A stretch of 64,000 nucleotides of DNA from a phage, in NCBI GenBank assembly GCA_025677605.1, contig GCA_025677605.1_4110.1. One strand, given 5' to 3'. The notes beneath the pieces were generated by a model. It ran no database searches. It had not been told where the DNA came from and saw only the letters and a list, made by a program, of their open reading frames with translations. Shown one piece after another: positions 61,706-64,000 of this stretch (position 1 is its first letter; the number at the start of each line of letters is the position of its first letter). A program made the position numbers and the translations under genes.

Positions 61706-62425
61706 TCACTTCGTTCTCTCGTAACTCAAGAATTCGTTTCGTTATCTACGATAACTCACTCATTCATATTAATTAATATTGTATTGTACTTTTAAAGATT
61801 GACGGGATTTGTTGAGGACATTTTCATCCCCCCGCAGGGGAATGATATTAAAAAAGAACCAATGAAGGTTCTTGATTTTGACGCTGATGGCATCGGAATT
61901 TATCGAATTGCGAATTTCTCCATATTTTGGACGGATCAAGGGTGTCCAATTTTTGGAGAACGAAAGCGGGTTGCTCTGTTTCTCTCTATCGCAGTCATAT
62001 GCAACGGTCGCAGGTATTTTCATCCCCTGCACTAAAGTACTGGAACTATTCGATCAATTCAGTACTCGTTTTACTCAAATTTTGGGTGCAACTTTCCCGT
62101 AGAAAAATTGACCGCTTGTTTTAAGTAAAACTCCCTTAGCAAATCTGGTAAGGTGCGATCCTTATACATCTATCGAGGAACTCTCTGTATGCTTATCGGA
62201 GTTCTTTATTGAGCCGTGTCGCCGTGTGATCCGTGTCTTATTTCGCGTTTGTATGAATGCACTTGGATGGTACTAACGGGTTTCTTTTGCTCATCGCCTC
62301 AGTGGGAAGGCTCATCTATCCTTTACATTTTCAAGAGAAGTAGGTTCTTCTTGTCCGTTGTTAAAACGTCCACTGACATTTTCCATTACAATATAATTAT
62401 AGCACAATATAAAGTATTGTCCCAA
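61706..62425. other. GC-richer non-coding island (~720 bp), candidate structured RNA or origin-like element
   Basis: No convincing ORF (track ORFs overlap each other, lack RBS); about 45-48% GC in sampled 60-nt stretches; three CCGTGT iterons at 62213-62240; duplicated TTTTCATCCCC..GCAGGGG motif at ~61822 and ~62013. Confidence 0.5.
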
Positions 62426-62839
62426 TTACATATAAACTTTTTTCAATTCTTTGCTGCTTCGTTCAAATACTGTTTCAATGAACTCAATATCCTGAAGAAG
62501 CTGAAGAGTACTGGCATCTGTCTCATTGCGTGACACATTTCTGTACTTTTGTTCAGGGTGATTGAATACCACCTTGACTACACTATTTAGGTCTACAAAA
62601 TTTGACGTTTTTTTCGTATAGGAAGCCTGAAGCTTAATATACTTCCCATTATCTTGTAGATTAGTTTTATGAATTAGTTCTTCAATACCTGTAAGATGTA
62701 AATAACTATCTTCTTCTTTGACAAATGTAATAGTTAACAGTACTGTCTTTTCGTCTCCCATGTCAGAGATATTTTTCACAGCACTAACAATTTCTAAGTT
62801 TGAAAAATCTAAATCTTTAAGCATTACACATATTTCCAC
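62426..62839 (-). CDS. Hypothetical protein
   Basis: 137-aa ORF. Confidence 0.55.
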   Translation of the reverse strand: MEICVMLKDLDFSNLEIVSAVKNISDMGDEKTVLLTITFVKEEDSYLHLTGIEELIHKTNLQDNGKYIKLQASYTKKTSNFVDLNSVVKVVFNHPEQKYRNVSRNETDASTLQLLQDIEFIETVFERSSKELKKVYM

Positions 62840-63180
62840 AAAGTTCTATAAGTGATAATTTCTTCTCTGGTAACAGAAACTTCATTGCACTTAACACCAT
62901 CCGTTTCATACTCGAATGGTCGTTGTGGTCGATATTCTGTTAAACCTCGTTCATACGTACAATGATAATACTTGTTCTCGTTCATGTCAAGAAAAACAAG
63001 ATCAAATTCTTCAGTAAATCGTCTATGCCCTTTACTTTCATTGCAAATGATTTTGTACTGCACATCTGGACCAAAGGTTTCAGTACTGTCATCCCATGTA
63101 CCATAGTCAGTATACACATCATCTTCATCTAACTCTGCAAGATGCCACATTAACTGTGGTAAAAAGATTTTTGATTTCAT
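62824..63180 (-). CDS. Hypothetical protein
   Basis: 118-aa ORF. Confidence 0.55.
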   Translation of the reverse strand: MKSKIFLPQLMWHLAELDEDDVYTDYGTWDDSTETFGPDVQYKIICNESKGHRRFTEEFDLVFLDMNENKYYHCTYERGLTEYRPQRPFEYETDGVKCNEVSVTREEIITYRTLWKYV

Positions 63181-63200
63181 TTATTTTCTCCATTAAAAAA

Positions 63201-63228
63201 GGACTTGATTTCTCAAGTCCCTATTATA
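63201..63228 (-). terminator. Intrinsic terminator downstream of the HNH gene
   Basis: GGACTTGA-TTTC-TCAAGTCC hairpin followed by U6 on the minus-strand transcript. Confidence 0.7.
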
Positions 63229-63233
63229 ACATA

Positions 63234-63845
63234 TTACTCATGTTTATCCAACAGCTTTTGTGCCTTTTTTAATGCTTTCATGTGTCGCCCGTACTCACGA
63301 ACATGCCACAGATGATCGTTATCCCATAGCTCTTGACGCAATCTACGTTCTTCGAGCATTTCTGGTGTAGGACGTTTACTTTCCTTCTCAATCTTATTGA
63401 AATAACGATTCATATGTTCTTCAAGAAGATTACGTCCCTTCACTTTATCAAGAAATTCATCAACTGTTTCAGTTTTATTTGAACGCAACTGATTACATCT
63501 CGCACACATAGTATTGAAGTTTGACTCCAAATCAGCACCACCTTTAGATGCAAGATGATTATGATCTACAGTCATCATAACTTCATAAAGACCACATACT
63601 GCATACACATTTAAATGCGGTTTACCATATACCGGATCACTACAGTTAGAACGTTCGATTCGAACTTCTGTAGCCTCGATGCCACAAGCAACGCACTTAC
63701 AATTCTTAACGAATGTTAGTACTTTTTGTGGAAAGTATCTGAAAGTAATACCATTATAAGTATAACGTTTCATTTTGGTACTAGTATGATTGAGTTCATC
63801 TAGTAAACTCAATTTGGTTACATAATAAACATGATATTTAGACAT
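63234..63845 (-). CDS. HNH family endonuclease
   Basis: Cys-rich CKCVACG, DHNH (MMTVDHNHLASKGG) and downstream CARCNQLRSN as in HNH homing endonucleases. Confidence 0.8.
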   Translation of the reverse strand: MSKYHVYYVTKLSLLDELNHTSTKMKRYTYNGITFRYFPQKVLTFVKNCKCVACGIEATEVRIERSNCSDPVYGKPHLNVYAVCGLYEVMMTVDHNHLASKGGADLESNFNTMCARCNQLRSNKTETVDEFLDKVKGRNLLEEHMNRYFNKIEKESKRPTPEMLEERRLRQELWDNDHLWHVREYGRHMKALKKAQKLLDKHE

Positions 63846-63846
63846 A

Positions 63847-64000
63847 CTATTCCTTAACTTTTATGTTAACACGAATATTTTGGTCTTGGAGTTTGCGAAT
63901 TGTATCAATTAGTGCATCATATCTCAGTGCACATTCATTGTACATGGAATCCCAACGCGTCAGAACGTTAAGAATTTCATCACCAGCATATCCTCTATTA
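63847..64000 (-). CDS. Partial CDS (C-terminal ~50 codons; continues beyond window)
   Basis: Open minus-strand frame from the window edge to TAG at 63849-63847, just upstream of the HNH start. Confidence 0.4.
   Translation of the reverse strand, partial: NRGYAGDEILNVLTRWDSMYNECALRYDALIDTIRKLQDQNIRVNIKVKE

Noticed and set aside
61769-62533. Overlapping short ORFs on both strands within the GC-richer island
   Set aside because: They overlap each other in several frames, lack ribosome-binding sites and show no coding periodicity; treated as non-coding.

Overview
Gene-dense segment of a large, apparently virulent tailed phage (myovirus-type, AT-rich, no integrase or lysogeny genes seen). Content in order: a 2919-aa giant protein (41-8800, +); a ClpA/ClpB-family double-AAA+ unfoldase (8835-11120, -) behind a near-consensus sigma70-type promoter; a tail fiber/baseplate module (11.2-29.7 kb) with a collagen-like fiber, a pectate-lyase-fold depolymerase tailspike, a second receptor-binding protein sharing its N-terminal adaptor, and a 1847-aa repetitive fiber; thymidylate synthase with a SLOG-like neighbour; a MoxR-like AAA+ ATPase plus VWA/HExxH protein pair behind two tandem consensus promoters; a minus-strand block with tail sheath, two paralogous tube-like proteins and acidic low-complexity proteins; and an early-type region of small minus-strand genes (dNMP kinase, macro-domain protein, glutaredoxin, Nudix, CCA-adding enzyme, HPF-like ribosome hibernation factor, SAR-LysM-lysozyme endolysin, thymidine kinase, HNH endonuclease). 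Main unexplained signals: strong over-representation of the palindrome CAGTACTG in all reading frames, a recurring GTGATATAATGA promoter element, a ~720-bp GC-richer non-coding island with CCGTGT iterons beside the HNH gene, a 43-bp tandem repeat, and a cluster of translation/tRNA-maintenance genes. All functional calls are from motif recognition by eye; no database search was run. No tRNA, rRNA or CRISPR array was recognised.
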